Counted from the first letter of the stretch, positions 38,797 to 49,179 are shown. The stretch: DNA of 64,000 nt from Phormidium sp. (GCA_051013385.1 CP143273.1:32001-96000); one strand, 5' to 3'. The notes: a model not told the origin generated them from the letters alone. Numbers and translations: made by a program.

Positions 38797-41328
38797 ATGT
38801 CACCAAAACAGCGTACAATTTTAATAATTGATGATACGCCACACGATCGCGAAACCTATCGCAGATATCTACAAGCTGACCAAAATAACAATTATATAAT
38901 TTTAGAAGAAGAATTGGCAGAAGATGCTTTGGCATTATGCCAAATCCGAACAATAGACGGAATTTTGTTAGATTTTTTACTGCCAGATTTAGATGGGTTG
39001 CAGTTTTTGACACAGTTGCAAAGGCAGGTAGGCGACAAATGTCCACCTGTAATTATGATTACTGGGCAAGGTAATGAATCTGTAGCAGCGAAAGCAATTA
39101 AAAGCGGGGCGGAAGATTATTTAATTAAACGGCAAATTACGCCGGATAGTTTAAGATTAGCAATGCACGCGGCGATCGAAAATACAGAATTACGCCGTCA
39201 ACTACGCGCCAGTGAGGAACGATTTCAGACATCCGTCGAAAATATGTTAGACTGCTTTGGCATTTATTCAGCAATTAGGAATGATTCAGGGCAAATAGTA
39301 GATTTTCGGATTGATTATTTGAATGCAGCTGCCTTGGCAAGTAATCAAATGACACCCAAAGATATCGGAAAATTTATCTGTGAAGTATTCCCTAATAAAT
39401 ATAAAAGTGAATTATTTGCCCAATATTGTCAAGTTGTGGAAACTGGGAAACCGTTAATTAAAGAGTCTCAGATTTATTCAGATGTCTTTGGTAGTCAACA
39501 TTTAACCAGATTCTACGACATCAGGATTAGTAAATTAGGTGATGGGATGGTTGTATGTTGGCGCGATGTTACCGCCCGTCAAGAAGCAGAAATAGCTAAA
39601 CAACAGCAAATAGAACGGGAAAGAATAGTTAATCAAATTGCTCAGCAAATTCGACAATCACTGGATTTAGAACAAGTACTTAATACTACTGTAACGGAAG
39701 TAAGAAAATTTCTGCAAACCGATCGCGTAATCGTGTTTTGTTTGCAACCTGATGGTAGTGGTAGTGTAATTACAGAATCCGTTGGCTGTGAATGGTCTTC
39801 TATCCTTAATACAAGTATATACGATCCCTGCTTTAAGGAAACCTATATTGAAGTTTACAATCAGGGATTAGTTACCAGTAAAAGTGATATTTTCAACATA
39901 TCAGTTAATCCTTGTTATCTAAAGTTACTGAGTAAATTTCAAGTACGGGCAAATTTAGTAGTACCAATTCTGCAAGATAGTAAATTATGGGGATTATTAA
40001 TTGCTCATCATTGTGCAGCAACACGAGATTGGCAAATTTCCGAAATTAATTTACTTCAGCAATTAGCAACTCAAGTTGGAATTGCAATTAAGCAATCAGA
40101 ACTTTATCAACAAATGCGTAATGAATTAATAGAACGTCAGCGGACTGAAGTAGCATTACGACAAAGTGAGGCACTATTTCGCGGTGTGTTTGAATCGAAT
40201 ATAATGGGAATTGTATTCTGGGATAATGCCGGGAAAATTTTGGATGCTAACGAAACTTTTTGCCGGATGACAGGTTACAGCCGAAAAGAATTGGTAGGAG
40301 AAGAATTTTACTATGACAACATTACAATGCCGGAATATCAAGAATTAGATAATTGGAAATTAGAGAGTTTACAAAAGACAGGTTACTGTGCGCCATTTAC
40401 TAAAGAATATATCTGTAAAAATGGCAAATGTTTACCAGTTTTATTAGCTTGTACCTATCTGCCAGGTTCGAGAGATCGAGGTGTGGCTTTTGTGTTAGAT
40501 ATTAGCGAGCAAAAGCAGTTAGAAAAAGAACGAGAAAAGTTATTATTAGAAGCACAGACAGCGCGTGAGGAAGCAGAAATAGCTAATCGCACTAAGGATA
40601 AATTTTTAGCGATCGTGTCTCATGAATTACGTTCTCCGCTCACCACTATTCTCGGTTGGGCAAACTTGCTCAGGACTAGAAAATTAGACGAGCAAATAAT
40701 TAAAAACGCACTGGAAACAATTGAACGTAATGCTAAAATCCAAAACAAAATAATTGACGATTTGTTGGATGTTTCGCGGATGATCCGGGGCAATTTGCAT
40801 ATAAGTTTTAACCCAGTTAATGTGGCTAACATGATTGAGATAACTGTTAATAATGTGAGATTGTCAGCGGAAGATAAAAATATTAATTTAGAGGCAAAGA
40901 TTGCCGATAGGAATGTGAAAATACTTGGAGATGCTAATCGATTGCTGCAAATTATGACAAATTTACTGACTAATGCAATTAAATTTACTCCTAATGATGG
41001 CAAAGTAGAGGTAGAACTTTCCGTTGTCACCAAGCAGGAAGAACAAAGCTCAAATATTTCGGAAAATCGGTATGTACAAATTAAAGTTACGGATACGGGT
41101 AAAGGAATCAGCGCAGATTTTTTGCCTCATGTTTTCGAGTCTTTTCGTCAAGAAAACAGCAGTAGTAGTAGCAAATATTCTAATGATGGGGTAGGTTTAG
41201 GATTAGCGATCGTCTATCATTTAGTAGAACTACATAACGGAATGGTGACTGCTGCGAGTCCGGGTGAAGGGAAAGGCGCAACTTTTACAGTTACATTGCC
41301 AGTTTTTACAAGTGAAAATATTGATTAA
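38797..41328 (+). CDS. Hybrid kinase REC-PAS-GAF(DXCF CBCR)-PAS-HisKA-HATPase
   Basis: LIIDD/LLD receiver; DPCF and PCY cysteines; SHELRSPL; NAIKFT. Confidence 0.9.
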   Translation: MSPKQRTILIIDDTPHDRETYRRYLQADQNNNYIILEEELAEDALALCQIRTIDGILLDFLLPDLDGLQFLTQLQRQVGDKCPPVIMITGQGNESVAAKAIKSGAEDYLIKRQITPDSLRLAMHAAIENTELRRQLRASEERFQTSVENMLDCFGIYSAIRNDSGQIVDFRIDYLNAAALASNQMTPKDIGKFICEVFPNKYKSELFAQYCQVVETGKPLIKESQIYSDVFGSQHLTRFYDIRISKLGDGMVVCWRDVTARQEAEIAKQQQIERERIVNQIAQQIRQSLDLEQVLNTTVTEVRKFLQTDRVIVFCLQPDGSGSVITESVGCEWSSILNTSIYDPCFKETYIEVYNQGLVTSKSDIFNISVNPCYLKLLSKFQVRANLVVPILQDSKLWGLLIAHHCAATRDWQISEINLLQQLATQVGIAIKQSELYQQMRNELIERQRTEVALRQSEALFRGVFESNIMGIVFWDNAGKILDANETFCRMTGYSRKELVGEEFYYDNITMPEYQELDNWKLESLQKTGYCAPFTKEYICKNGKCLPVLLACTYLPGSRDRGVAFVLDISEQKQLEKEREKLLLEAQTAREEAEIANRTKDKFLAIVSHELRSPLTTILGWANLLRTRKLDEQIIKNALETIERNAKIQNKIIDDLLDVSRMIRGNLHISFNPVNVANMIEITVNNVRLSAEDKNINLEAKIADRNVKILGDANRLLQIMTNLLTNAIKFTPNDGKVEVELSVVTKQEEQSSNISENRYVQIKVTDTGKGISADFLPHVFESFRQENSSSSSKYSNDGVGLGLAIVYHLVELHNGMVTAASPGEGKGATFTVTLPVFTSENID

Positions 41329-41360
41329 AATAGAATAGTGAAAAAATTAGTAATAATCCG

Positions 41361-43628
41361 ATGATTAATTCCCAGAAAGTTGATTTAACTAACTGCGATC
41401 GCGAACCAATTCACATTCCTGGTTCCATCCAATCTCATGGTTTTATGTTAATTTTACAAGAACCAGAATTAAAAATAATTCAAACTAGCGAAAATACCGA
41501 CGACTTTATTGGTAAACAGCCAGAAAAATTATTAAACACCTACTTAAAAGATTTACTTAGATCCAAACATATAGAAGCAATAAAAAAATGCTTAGAGTCG
41601 GATTTGGGAAACATTAATCCTTTGAAGATAACATTTAAGAAAAAACATAAATATGTCACTTTTGCTGGAATTATTCACCGCTTTGACGGCGTTTTATTTT
41701 TGGAATTAGAGCCAGCTAAGACCCAAAAAAGTCCTGATTTTTTCGGGTTTTATCATTTAATTCGGGGGACTATTAGCAAACTGCAAAACACATCAAAATT
41801 GTCAGAAATGTGTAACGTTATTGTTAGGGAAGTGCAGAAAATTACGGGATTCGATCGCGTAATGGTCTATCAATTTGATGCCACAGGCGCAGGAACCGTA
41901 ATTGCCGAAGCTAAACGAGAAGATTTGACACCTTTTTTAGGTTTACACTATCCTGCATCCGATATTCCCAAACAAGCCAAACAACTTTATACTAACAATT
42001 GGTTGCGGTTAATTCCCGATACTAACTATCAACCTATTCCTCTAATTCCCCAGCTAAATCCCCTCACTAATTCCCCCACCGATTTAAGTTTTGCCGTCCT
42101 TCGCAGCGTATCACCAATTCATGTTCAATACCTTCATAATATGGGCGTTGGTGCCTCAATGTCCATTTCATTAATTAAAAACAAAAAACTGTGGGGATTA
42201 ATCGCTTGTCATCATGAATCTGTTAAACATCTCAGCTATGAAATCCGTACAGCTTGCGAATTTTTAGGTCAGGTTGTTTCCTGGGAATTACAAGGAAAAG
42301 AAGATAATGAAGACCTAGATTATAAAATGAAATTAAAATCGATTCTGGCTAGATTTATGGAATCGATTCCTCAAAATGACGATCTTGTAGATGGATTAAT
42401 CCAATCAGAACTAGATTTGTTAGCCTTAACTAGTGCTCAGGGAGTTGCTATTTGCCAGAATAATCAATGGAAATCGATCGGTCAAACTCCTGAAATAACA
42501 GATTTAGAAAAGTTACTCGAATGGATTGAAAGCAAAATAGACGGTAATTTATTTCACACAGATGCTTTATCTAAAGAGTTTCCCGAAGCCCAAAAATATC
42601 AACAAATAGTTAGCGGAGTAATTGCCTTAGCAATCTCGAAAGTTAACCGTAATTATATCTTATGGTTTCGTCCAGAAGTAATTCAAACTGTCAACTGGGG
42701 TGGTAATCCTAATAAACCTGTAGAAGTAAAACAAGATAATGTTTTGCACCTTTCTCCGCGCAAATCTTTTGCCCTTTGGCAAGAAACAGTAAAAGGCAAA
42801 TCTTTGGCATGGAAACCTTGCGAAATTGAAGCAGTTTTAGAACTGCGTAGCGCCATTGTGGGAATTGTTTTGCGTCGCGCCGATGAACTAGCAAAGATTA
42901 ACGTAGAGTTAGAACGTAGCAACAATGAACTAGATGCTTTTGCTTATATTGCTTCTCATGATTTAAAAGAGCCATTACGGGGAATTCATAATTATGCGAG
43001 TTTCTTAATTGAAGATTATGCAGAGGTTTTGCATGAAGAAGGAGTTTCTAAATTAGAAACTTTAGTTCGTCTGACGCAGCGGATGGAGGATTTGATCGAT
43101 TCTTTGCTACATTTCTCGCGACTGGGACGGGTAGAATTAGCTTGGCAAGAAACGGATTTGAATGATTTAGTTAAAAATGTAATTGATGTGTTGAAGTTAA
43201 GTTTGCCAATGTCTAATGTAGAAATTCGTATACCTCGACCTTTACCAAGAGTAAAATGCGATCGCATCCAAATTAACGAAGTTTTTAGTAACTTAATTAG
43301 TAATGCTATAAAATATAACGATCGCACCGAAAAATGGATAGAAATCGGATTTTTAGATTTTGAGAATCAATCTCGTAATGATACTGAAGAGTTTGGGGAA
43401 GTAGCGATCGTTTTATACGTGCGAGATAATGGCGTAGGTATTCGTGAATATCATCTCGAAAATATCTTTCGGATTTTCAAACGTCTACATGGACCTAAAA
43501 AATACGGTGGAGGCACAGGCGCAGGTTTAACAATTGCCAAGAAAATAGTTGAGCGACATGGCGGTAAAATTTGGGTAGAGTCTATCTTTGGCGAAGGCAG
43601 CACTTTTTACTTTACCTTGCCAAGGTAA
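41361..43628 (+). CDS. Bacteriophytochrome-type histidine kinase (AphB/CphB-like)
   Basis: NCDREPIHIPG, PASDIP, LRSVSPIH, PRKSF, SHDLKEPLR. Confidence 0.9.
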   Translation: MINSQKVDLTNCDREPIHIPGSIQSHGFMLILQEPELKIIQTSENTDDFIGKQPEKLLNTYLKDLLRSKHIEAIKKCLESDLGNINPLKITFKKKHKYVTFAGIIHRFDGVLFLELEPAKTQKSPDFFGFYHLIRGTISKLQNTSKLSEMCNVIVREVQKITGFDRVMVYQFDATGAGTVIAEAKREDLTPFLGLHYPASDIPKQAKQLYTNNWLRLIPDTNYQPIPLIPQLNPLTNSPTDLSFAVLRSVSPIHVQYLHNMGVGASMSISLIKNKKLWGLIACHHESVKHLSYEIRTACEFLGQVVSWELQGKEDNEDLDYKMKLKSILARFMESIPQNDDLVDGLIQSELDLLALTSAQGVAICQNNQWKSIGQTPEITDLEKLLEWIESKIDGNLFHTDALSKEFPEAQKYQQIVSGVIALAISKVNRNYILWFRPEVIQTVNWGGNPNKPVEVKQDNVLHLSPRKSFALWQETVKGKSLAWKPCEIEAVLELRSAIVGIVLRRADELAKINVELERSNNELDAFAYIASHDLKEPLRGIHNYASFLIEDYAEVLHEEGVSKLETLVRLTQRMEDLIDSLLHFSRLGRVELAWQETDLNDLVKNVIDVLKLSLPMSNVEIRIPRPLPRVKCDRIQINEVFSNLISNAIKYNDRTEKWIEIGFLDFENQSRNDTEEFGEVAIVLYVRDNGVGIREYHLENIFRIFKRLHGPKKYGGGTGAGLTIAKKIVERHGGKIWVESIFGEGSTFYFTLPR

Positions 43629-43666
43629 GCTAACCACTAGCTAAAAATTAAAATCGATCTCATACT

Positions 43667-44122
43667 ATGAACACCAGTACAAATCAATCGTTTTTGCTTG
43701 TTGAAGATAGTGATGAGGATTTTTTCGCTTTTGAACGTATAGTAAGGAAATTGTCAGTTACGCAAGCGATTTACCGTTGCTCAGATGGCGATGAAGCGTT
43801 AGACTTTCTGTATCACAGAGGACAATATACTGACCCAGAACAAGCACCCCGCCCATCGATTATTTTACTAGACTTGAATTTACCAGGCATTGATGGACGA
43901 GATGTTTTAGCGCAAATTAAACAGGATAGAGAACTTAGCATTATTCCTGTGGTCGTATTTACGACATCTTCTAACCCCAAAGATGTGGAAATTTGCTATC
44001 AACAAGGAGTTAACAGCTACATTATTAAACCGATTAATGTTAATAAATTAATGCGTAGCATTCAACTTTTGATTGAGTATTGGTTTGCAGCCAACACTTT
44101 ACCAGAATTTGTTAATAAATGA
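43667..44122 (+). CDS. Phytochrome-associated response regulator (Rcp-like)
   Basis: LLVED, LLDLNLPG.DG, FTTS, YIIKP, YWF. Confidence 0.9.
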   Translation: MNTSTNQSFLLVEDSDEDFFAFERIVRKLSVTQAIYRCSDGDEALDFLYHRGQYTDPEQAPRPSIILLDLNLPGIDGRDVLAQIKQDRELSIIPVVVFTTSSNPKDVEICYQQGVNSYIIKPINVNKLMRSIQLLIEYWFAANTLPEFVNK

Positions 44123-44139
44123 GATAAGGAGAAAAGATT

Positions 44140-44568
44140 ATGGAAGAATTAATCGAACTAAAAAAATTACTGTTAAAAGGCGATATAAAAGGATCGCTAG
44201 CCATTGTCGAAGAACTTGAGGAAATGAGCAAACAAGACTTTATTGATAAAGTTCGTAGCTATGCAATAATTTTACTTTTGCATCTAATTAAACAGCAAGC
44301 AGAAAAGCGGACAACTCGTTCTTGGGAAGTATCTATACGAAATTCAGTTCGAGAGATCAAGAGAAAAAATAAACGTTGCAAAGCTGTAGGTTATTACTTG
44401 ACTTTAGAAGAATTAAATGAAATATTGGAAGAAGCTTTTTTAAACGCCATTGATGAAGCTTCCTTAGAAGTAGCAGAAGGACTTTATGAAACCGAAGAAT
44501 TAGCTAAATTAGTTGATAAAGCAGAAATTATCGATCGCGCCCTAACCCTAATCTTACCCAAAGATTGA
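44140..44568 (+). CDS. DUF29 family protein
   Basis: VEELEEMS...LLLHLIK...TRSW. Confidence 0.85.
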   Translation: MEELIELKKLLLKGDIKGSLAIVEELEEMSKQDFIDKVRSYAIILLLHLIKQQAEKRTTRSWEVSIRNSVREIKRKNKRCKAVGYYLTLEELNEILEEAFLNAIDEASLEVAEGLYETEELAKLVDKAEIIDRALTLILPKD

Positions 44569-44611
44569 GAAACCCGGTTTCTTGAAGAAACCGGGTTTCT
44601 GTGTAAGTCCT
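44568..44611. repeat. Palindrome AGAAACCCGGTTTCTT-G-AAGAAACCGGGTTTCT plus a relic of the MITE right end
   Basis: Followed by GTGTAAGTCCT, matching the end of the 3353-3456 element. Confidence 0.75.
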
Positions 44612-44621
44612 TTCCCAGAAA

Positions 44622-46766
44622 TTAAGGATTCAAAAAACCCTGATGTTCCCCAGGTTTAGCGCGTAACTCCTCCAAAGTACCTTGTAACTTTAATCGTCCT
44701 TGATCCAAATAAATCACCCAATCAGCACGATTAATAACTCTCGGACGGTGACTAATTAAAATCGTCGTTTTTCCCCGACGATGACTTAGTAAATTTTCCA
44801 AAACTTGCGCTTCACTCACCGGATCTAAACCAGCCGTTGACTCATCTAAAATTAAAATTGACGGCTCATTTACTATGGCTCTAGCTATTGCTAACCTTTG
44901 CCTTTGTCCCCCAGAAATATTCGCGCCAAATTCACCCAAAACACTTTGATATTTGTCAGGTAACTGACTAATAAACTCATCAGCACCAGCAATGCGACAA
45001 GCTTTGACAATTTGCTCAAAAGTCACTTGCGGTGAACCCAAACGGAAATTTTCAATAATTGAACGACTCCAAAAATGGGCATCTTGAGGAACTAAAACTA
45101 CCTGCTGACGGAAAGATTCTAAAGCTAAATCTTGCAGATTATAAATGTCAATGCGAATATTACCAGATTGCGGAGGATATAACCCAGCAATCATTTTCGC
45201 TAAAGTACTTTTACCACAGCCAGACTTACCAATAATTGCAACTACATTACCTCCAGGAATTGTGAGAGTAAAGTTTTTTAGTAATTCTACTTTTCCCGGA
45301 TAATGGAAGTTGACATCACTGCAAGTGATAGCAGAATTTCCTGGTATAATTGCTTCCGGTTTTTTCGGATCTCCTTCAGCTTCCGGGGTAGCATCAATGA
45401 CTTCTGTTAAACGTTGGCTAGCTGTTTGTACGCGAGCAAATTCATCAACAAATCCAATAGTAGTAGTAATTAAACCTGTAAAACTCTGATTTAAACTATT
45501 GAATGCTAGTAATTGTCCAATAGTTAACTCTTTGTTGATTACTAGCAAACTACCTAACCAAAGTAAAGCTACTGCACCACTATCAGAAACAAACTCGGAA
45601 AAGACATTATTAATAATGCCAATTTGAGTGGTGCTGAGAGAGAGATTTGCTAACCGACCAAATCTGCTCTGAATTTCTTCCCAAAATTGAGAAAAAGCGT
45701 TAGTAGTTTTCAGAGTTTGTGCGCCTTTAAACGTTTCAACTAAAACACCTTGGTTATCCGCTTCTTGAACTAAAAGATTACGAGTTTTTTGTTGCAAACT
45801 AGGCAGAAAAACAATAGTAGAAACCGTCATTAAGGCGGCAATAATCAGAGCAGATATGGTTAATTTCCAACTATAAACCAGCATAAAAATAAAAGAGATA
45901 CTGGCGACAAATAGCTGACTAGGATAACTAACAACAATTTGAGAAACTAACTGGTTAATTTCTTGAATATCTTGCAAACGACTAACTATTTCACCACTGC
46001 GACGGGCTTCGTAATAAGCCAGAGGTAAACGAAGGATTTGTCTGCCAAATTCTAAGACTAAGCCTAATTCTAATCTCTGGGCAAAGTGAGCGATAAAATT
46101 AGATTGCAGTAAACTTAAACCGCTACTGAAAAGGTTCATGACTATGACTGCGATCGCAACTCCAGTAAGTAACTGCATATCTCCCCGAATTAACACATCA
46201 TCGGTGAGAACTTGCAGCAAAAAAGGCGAAGCCAAAGACAGAAAACCGAGAACAATATTTAGCAGTAATGCTTGCAATAATAAAGTGCGATAAGGCCAAA
46301 CCCGTTCAAAAAAGCGACTAAAACCACCAATTTTATCTTCCGGTTGATTGTAGAAGCGTACAGGATCGGGTTCTAACAAAAGCATTACCCAATCTTCCCA
46401 ATTTTCTGTTAATTCTTCTTTAGTAATATAGCGAATTCCTACAGCCGGATCGGCAATTACATATTTCTTTTTTCGCTGCCCATACAAAACAACCCAGTGA
46501 GTTCCCATCCAGTGGATAATAGCTGGTAGCGGGACATCACTCATCTGGTCGAGAATTTCCGGGGAACTTTTCACAGTTCGGGCATTAAAACCTAAAGCTT
46601 CTGCACCCCTCCTTAAACCTAGCAAAGTAGTTCCTAATTTACCTGTACCAACTGCTTCTCGAATGCGGTTAAGAGTTAACAAACGCCCGTAAGACTTAGC
46701 AACAGAAGCTAGACAAGCTGCACCGCAATCTTCTTCACTATGTTGTAAAACAACTGAGTATTTCAT
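44622..46766 (-). CDS. Peptidase-containing ABC transporter (C39-TMD-NBD)
   Basis: Q..EEDCGAACL, HWVV, DP; GKSGCGKST; ISGGQRQR; LDE. Confidence 0.95.
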   Translation of the reverse strand: MKYSVVLQHSEEDCGAACLASVAKSYGRLLTLNRIREAVGTGKLGTTLLGLRRGAEALGFNARTVKSSPEILDQMSDVPLPAIIHWMGTHWVVLYGQRKKKYVIADPAVGIRYITKEELTENWEDWVMLLLEPDPVRFYNQPEDKIGGFSRFFERVWPYRTLLLQALLLNIVLGFLSLASPFLLQVLTDDVLIRGDMQLLTGVAIAVIVMNLFSSGLSLLQSNFIAHFAQRLELGLVLEFGRQILRLPLAYYEARRSGEIVSRLQDIQEINQLVSQIVVSYPSQLFVASISFIFMLVYSWKLTISALIIAALMTVSTIVFLPSLQQKTRNLLVQEADNQGVLVETFKGAQTLKTTNAFSQFWEEIQSRFGRLANLSLSTTQIGIINNVFSEFVSDSGAVALLWLGSLLVINKELTIGQLLAFNSLNQSFTGLITTTIGFVDEFARVQTASQRLTEVIDATPEAEGDPKKPEAIIPGNSAITCSDVNFHYPGKVELLKNFTLTIPGGNVVAIIGKSGCGKSTLAKMIAGLYPPQSGNIRIDIYNLQDLALESFRQQVVLVPQDAHFWSRSIIENFRLGSPQVTFEQIVKACRIAGADEFISQLPDKYQSVLGEFGANISGGQRQRLAIARAIVNEPSILILDESTAGLDPVSEAQVLENLLSHRRGKTTILISHRPRVINRADWVIYLDQGRLKLQGTLEELRAKPGEHQGFLNP

Positions 46767-46830
46767 CGGATAATCTGTATTAGTGTGAGATGCTCTCATC
46801 AGCTATTCATCGCCACCCAACACAGATCAG

Positions 46831-46860
46831 AAAAAAACACCCATCATATAGATAGGTGTT
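46831..46860 (-). terminator. Intrinsic terminator between precursor and transporter genes
   Basis: Minus strand AACACCTATC-TATAT-GATGGGTGTT followed by a T run. Confidence 0.7.
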
Positions 46861-46970
46861 CTTGTGAGTTTTTAGTCCCGTTCCGAGTTACATCTGTAGA
46901 GAAATTTGGGCAATTTTAAGCGGATTGCAAACTACTTAATTGCTCAAATTTTTCACACACGCATCCAGAA

Positions 46971-47210
46971 TTACCAGCAACCATAGCCACTGTAGCTAGT
47001 GCGGTAGTAGGAGTAGGAGGAGCGTGGGTAGTAGTAATAGTAGGAAGTCCGATAGTAGCGACGGTAGGTACGATAGTAGCCGCCGTAAGAAGCGCGACGG
47101 TAGCGACGGTGGCGGTAGCCATAATAGTAATGCCCACCATTAACGCTAGCAGCTTCTTCAGAATTTAACTCAGTAAAAAGTTCTGGTTTTTCAATTTGTT
47201 GGTTATCCAT
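46971..47210 (-). CDS. Double-glycine leader precursor peptide with Tyr/Arg-rich core
   Basis: GGAG RBS; leader LFTELNSEEAASVNGG; adjacent to a C39 transporter. Confidence 0.85.
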   Translation of the reverse strand: MDNQQIEKPELFTELNSEEAASVNGGHYYYGYRHRRYRRASYGGYYRTYRRYYRTSYYYYYPRSSYSYYRTSYSGYGCW

Positions 47211-47381
47211 GAGTAACTCCATATAAGATGACAAGGGCGAAAAGTCGCTTAGTAGTTTTGCTGATTTGTTGCTCTACCTTGCGAATTCAGTTACAGATTC
47301 CCTGCGTTACCCACTCCCATCCGGAAGGTTCATGCGGGTAGTTAAAAAAAAATTTTTCAGCTAAACTAACTGAGTGCCATC

Positions 47382-48344
47382 ATGAGTAACAGATTTGATT
47401 CCAACCTACTCAATCCCCTAGAAAGCGATGAATTTCTACCTCCAATTAGTCGTTGGGCGAAGTTAACAGGGTTGTGTTTAGCCGCTACATTTGGCGCTGC
47501 ACTAGGGTTATCTGCGGTGATTAAATACAACACAACTGTAGATGCAATGGGAATGGTTCGTCCGGCTAGTGAACTGCAACTTGTGGAGTCAGCAACACAG
47601 GGAAAGGTGAAAAGTATTGAGGTTAAAGAAAATCAGGATATTAAAGCGGGAGATCCGATCGCCAAAGTAGATGATGTTCCCTTAAAAAACCAAAGAAACA
47701 ACCTGAAAAGGCAAGTAGATCAACTAAGTTCTCAACTTGCCCAACTTGGTTCGCAAATAAATCAGTATAGAGCCAAAAATCCCAACTCTAGTAACATTTG
47801 GTACTTGTTCCGTCGTTACAAAAACCTGGAAGAACAACTCAATACTACGCAAAGCCAATTTTACCAAGTTTCCCAAATGGTAGATAATGCTGTGGTACGT
47901 ACTCCCATATCTGGTAAAATTCTTAAATTGGAGTTACAAAGTATTGGTCAACAGATAAAAACGGGTCAACAAGTGGCGCAAATTCTTCCCGCTAATACTG
48001 CTATGTTAGTAAGAGCAAGAGTGGCGGTACAAGATATTGGTCGCGTACAAATTGGACACAATGTACAATTGAGAATTTCGGCTTATCCTTACCCGGATTA
48101 CGGAATTTTGCGGGGAAAAATTACTTCTATTAGTGCTGATGCAATTACACCACAAAATAGTAGTGCAGATCCAGCTTCTCCTTACTACGAAGTGACGATT
48201 GAACCGGAAAAAAGTTTTTTGGTGAAAAGCGATCGCTATTATCCCCTGCAACCCGGAATGGAAGTCACTGCTAACATTATTTCTCAAGAAGAAACTTTTC
48301 TCAATTTTATTCTCAGACAAGCTAGATTGACTACCAATTTGTAG
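47382..48344 (+). CDS. HlyD family membrane fusion protein
   Basis: TM helix, lipoyl-like halves, AYPYPDYG.L.G, LQPGMEV.ANII. Confidence 0.92.
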   Translation: MSNRFDSNLLNPLESDEFLPPISRWAKLTGLCLAATFGAALGLSAVIKYNTTVDAMGMVRPASELQLVESATQGKVKSIEVKENQDIKAGDPIAKVDDVPLKNQRNNLKRQVDQLSSQLAQLGSQINQYRAKNPNSSNIWYLFRRYKNLEEQLNTTQSQFYQVSQMVDNAVVRTPISGKILKLELQSIGQQIKTGQQVAQILPANTAMLVRARVAVQDIGRVQIGHNVQLRISAYPYPDYGILRGKITSISADAITPQNSSADPASPYYEVTIEPEKSFLVKSDRYYPLQPGMEVTANIISQEETFLNFILRQARLTTNL

Positions 48345-48483
48345 TAGGGACACGGCATCGTTAACATTTTACACCGCCAAATGCCTGTAGAAACATAGTA
48401 GGGACACGGCATCATTAATGTAGGGACACGGCATCATTAATATTTTCCAGTTGTCCCAAATATCTCTGATGCCGTGTCCCTAC
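48344..48483. repeat. REP cluster GTAGGGACACGGCA (3 direct copies and 1 inverted)
   Basis: Copies at 48344, 48398, 48420; inverted at 48470-48483. Confidence 0.9.
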
Positions 48484-48496
48484 AGTTAATGGGGAT

Positions 48497-49072
48497 TCAA
48501 AAATCTAAATTCAAATCCAATTTTTCAGATGTATGATATTTGGGATTCTCCTTATCAATTTCCCAGTGAAGAGGATTATTAATAATATATTGTCTAACCT
48601 TATTCAACCCCGTTTCAATCCGAATAATACTTTCATAATAATTAGATTGCCAAACCGGAGGTTCTGGAGTGCTACGCATCAGATTAATTCGCTTGGTAAC
48701 TGCTGCTTTAAAAGAACGAATTACGGTTGGGATAGAACCTGCAACAGGTTTGCCAAATTGTTCTTGCTTTGGTATGTTATCTAGCTGGATTTGGTTAGCG
48801 CGATCGCAAATAATTAAAATCCCATGCAAATGATTTGGCATCACAACAAAAGCATCTAATTCAATGTGGGGAAACCGTCGAGGAAGCGCTTGCCAAAAAC
48901 TATAAGCAATGGAACCCAAATGATTATACCTCACTCTTCCCTTCACCACATCTCCAAACCAACATTGCCGTTTGTAGGTGCAAATTGTAATAAAATAAGC
49001 TCCAGGTTGAGTATAATCATATCCCGGCAGACGAATAGAACGCCGATGATGTTTTTTCGGGTTATATGCCAT
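48497..49072 (-). CDS. REP-associated tyrosine transposase (RAYT)
   Basis: RRSIRL..YDY...YFITICT; MPNHLH (HUH); WQ..YYE.IIR; YI..NP. Confidence 0.92.
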   Translation of the reverse strand: MAYNPKKHHRRSIRLPGYDYTQPGAYFITICTYKRQCWFGDVVKGRVRYNHLGSIAYSFWQALPRRFPHIELDAFVVMPNHLHGILIICDRANQIQLDNIPKQEQFGKPVAGSIPTVIRSFKAAVTKRINLMRSTPEPPVWQSNYYESIIRIETGLNKVRQYIINNPLHWEIDKENPKYHTSEKLDLNLDF

Positions 49073-49115
49073 CAGAAAGAATTATTATGTACATAATAAA
49101 TAAAATTATGGCACT

Positions 49116-49179
49116 GTAGGGACACGGCATCATAGATACATTGGAAAAGTTGCAAATATTAATTATGCCCTGTCCCTAC
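49116..49179. repeat. REP doublet (REPIN)
   Basis: GTAGGGACACGGCA ... TGCCCTGTCCCTAC. Confidence 0.9.

Noticed and set aside
46916..47140. Thr/Ala/Val-rich 74-aa ORF overlapping the precursor
   Set aside because: Alternative frame; the precursor frame has the RBS and the GG leader.
48344..48483. Repeated GTAGGGACACGGCA as a possible mini-CRISPR
   Set aside because: The 14-bp units are irregularly spaced, include an inverted copy and flank a RAYT, so they are REPs.
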